From contig JAWKSQ010000002.1 of the NCBI GenBank assembly GCA_041389045.1, positions 23,898 to 87,897 of the forward strand: DNA of 64,000 nt, given 5' to 3'. The position numbers and the translations under genes are program-made. Of this stretch, positions 63,417 to 64,000 are shown in pieces. This DNA comes from Minisyncoccota bacterium. Lineage in GTDB: Bacteria; Patescibacteriota; Minisyncoccia; Phycocordibacterales; UBA918. Below the pieces are notes generated by a model. That model was not told the origin of the DNA. It did no database searches and saw nothing but the letters and a program-made list of their open reading frames with translations. The stretch's first letter is position 1; every line of letters starts with the position of its first letter.

Positions 63417-64000
63417 TTACCTTCTAGCCCCCAAACTCTTTAAGAATCTCCTTTTCGTTTTCTGCGTCAAGAGATTTTTTAAACCGAGCACCCTTAGTAC
63501 CCTGGCTTCACATTCTGGCCAAGTTTGGTGAATTTGAATCACGCCGTCCACCTTACTAATATAAGAATAGGCCTTCTGCGCTTGCCTGGCGCGAGCGTCA
63601 CTCCGGTCTTTGGCTTTACTTTCATCATAAGAGGTATCATTAATAGCAAAACCGTACTTGGCTAGCGGTCCTTGATATAAATCAAACTTTCCTTTCTCAG
63701 CAAAATCTGAAGCAATCGCATCGGCTCGTTCATTACCAACGATACCCACATGACCAGGGACCTTATGCCAGTCGATTTCTATCTGACCTAAAAGTGGAAG
63801 TAATTTCTGCTACAGGTCTTTATTTAACACATCGGTCTTAGCTTTAGTCTGCCAACCATTTTTCGCCCAACCAAATACCCAACCAGTAGCACCCTCAACA
63901 ACATACTTAGAGTCAGTATAAATAGCTACTGATTGACTCTGACCAACCATAGCCCGGAGCGCCTCTACCACTGCCTTAAGCTCCATTTCGTTGTTGGTAG
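63417..64000 (-). pseudogene. rnhA: RNase HI with C-terminal dsRNA/hybrid-binding (Cauli_VI-like) domain; internal TAG and one frameshift; 5' end outside window
   Basis: Contains NNEMELKAV...IYTDSKYV, NKDL*QKLL (TAG at 63810-12 where W is expected), HKVPGHVGIVGNERADAIA, and KAYSYISKVDGVIQIHQTWPECEARV. After a frameshift near 63500, GTKGARFKKSLDAENEKEILKEFGG* ends at 63424. Confidence 0.75.

Noticed and set aside
1-64000. Alternative genetic code, such as the UGA=Gly code 25 used by some CPR lineages, or TAG recoding.
   Set aside because: TGA, TAG and TAA each terminate well-conserved ORFs at the expected lengths. I saw no in-frame TGA in conserved genes. The single in-frame TAG (rnhA) sits in a gene that is also frameshifted.

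Overview
The window looks like part of a small, streamlined bacterial chromosome. Hand counts of sampled lines give about 40% G+C in the core genes. It most resembles a Candidate Phyla Radiation / Patescibacteria (Parcubacteria-like) genome. This placement is an inference from three things: compact versions of conserved proteins (345-aa DnaX, 499-aa IF-2, Rel without an ACT region), six two-TM TrbC/VirB2-like 'pilin' paralogs, and tRNA genes mostly lacking an encoded CCA.

Core content: dnaX, a D-Ala-D-Ala carboxypeptidase, dus, ftsQ-like, serS, dprA, topA, rel, parB, miaA, rarA, mscS, clpB, a cysteine desulfurase, infB, rbfA, trhO, gyrA, rpsA, pth, lepB, a HisRS paralog, rpsU, ybeY, ftsA, ftsZ, trxB and rnhA. 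There are nine tRNA or tRNA-like genes and one IS200-type Y1 transposase. No rRNA, CRISPR array or cas gene was seen.

Main unexplained signals:
1. A multi-copy mosaic structured repeat family sits downstream of almost every plus-strand tRNA gene, and once as a tandem pair after ftsZ. Each unit pairs a reverse-complement copy of the tRNA 3' end with a conserved core of about 100 nt and a direct copy of the tRNA 3' end. Its hairpins covary between copies. I do not recognise it as a known RNA or repeat family.
2. A tRNA-Glu-anchored, integrase-less, G+C-rich islet is bounded by 42-bp direct repeats.
3. Degenerate 5'-half copies of tRNA genes lie upstream of three intact tRNAs.
4. A 36-bp perfect palindrome precedes two promoters.
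5. One protein fuses a pilin-like domain to an M15 peptidase.
6. Several G+C-rich orphan gene cassettes are scattered through the window.

Caveat: at least 25 single-nucleotide indels, many in homopolymers, break conserved and essential genes (gyrA, ftsA, ftsZ, rel, cysteine desulfurase and others). The sequence is therefore probably an error-prone draft. Small anomalies, including slightly short tRNA arms, should be read with that in mind. All family assignments are from motif recognition by eye; no database search was possible.
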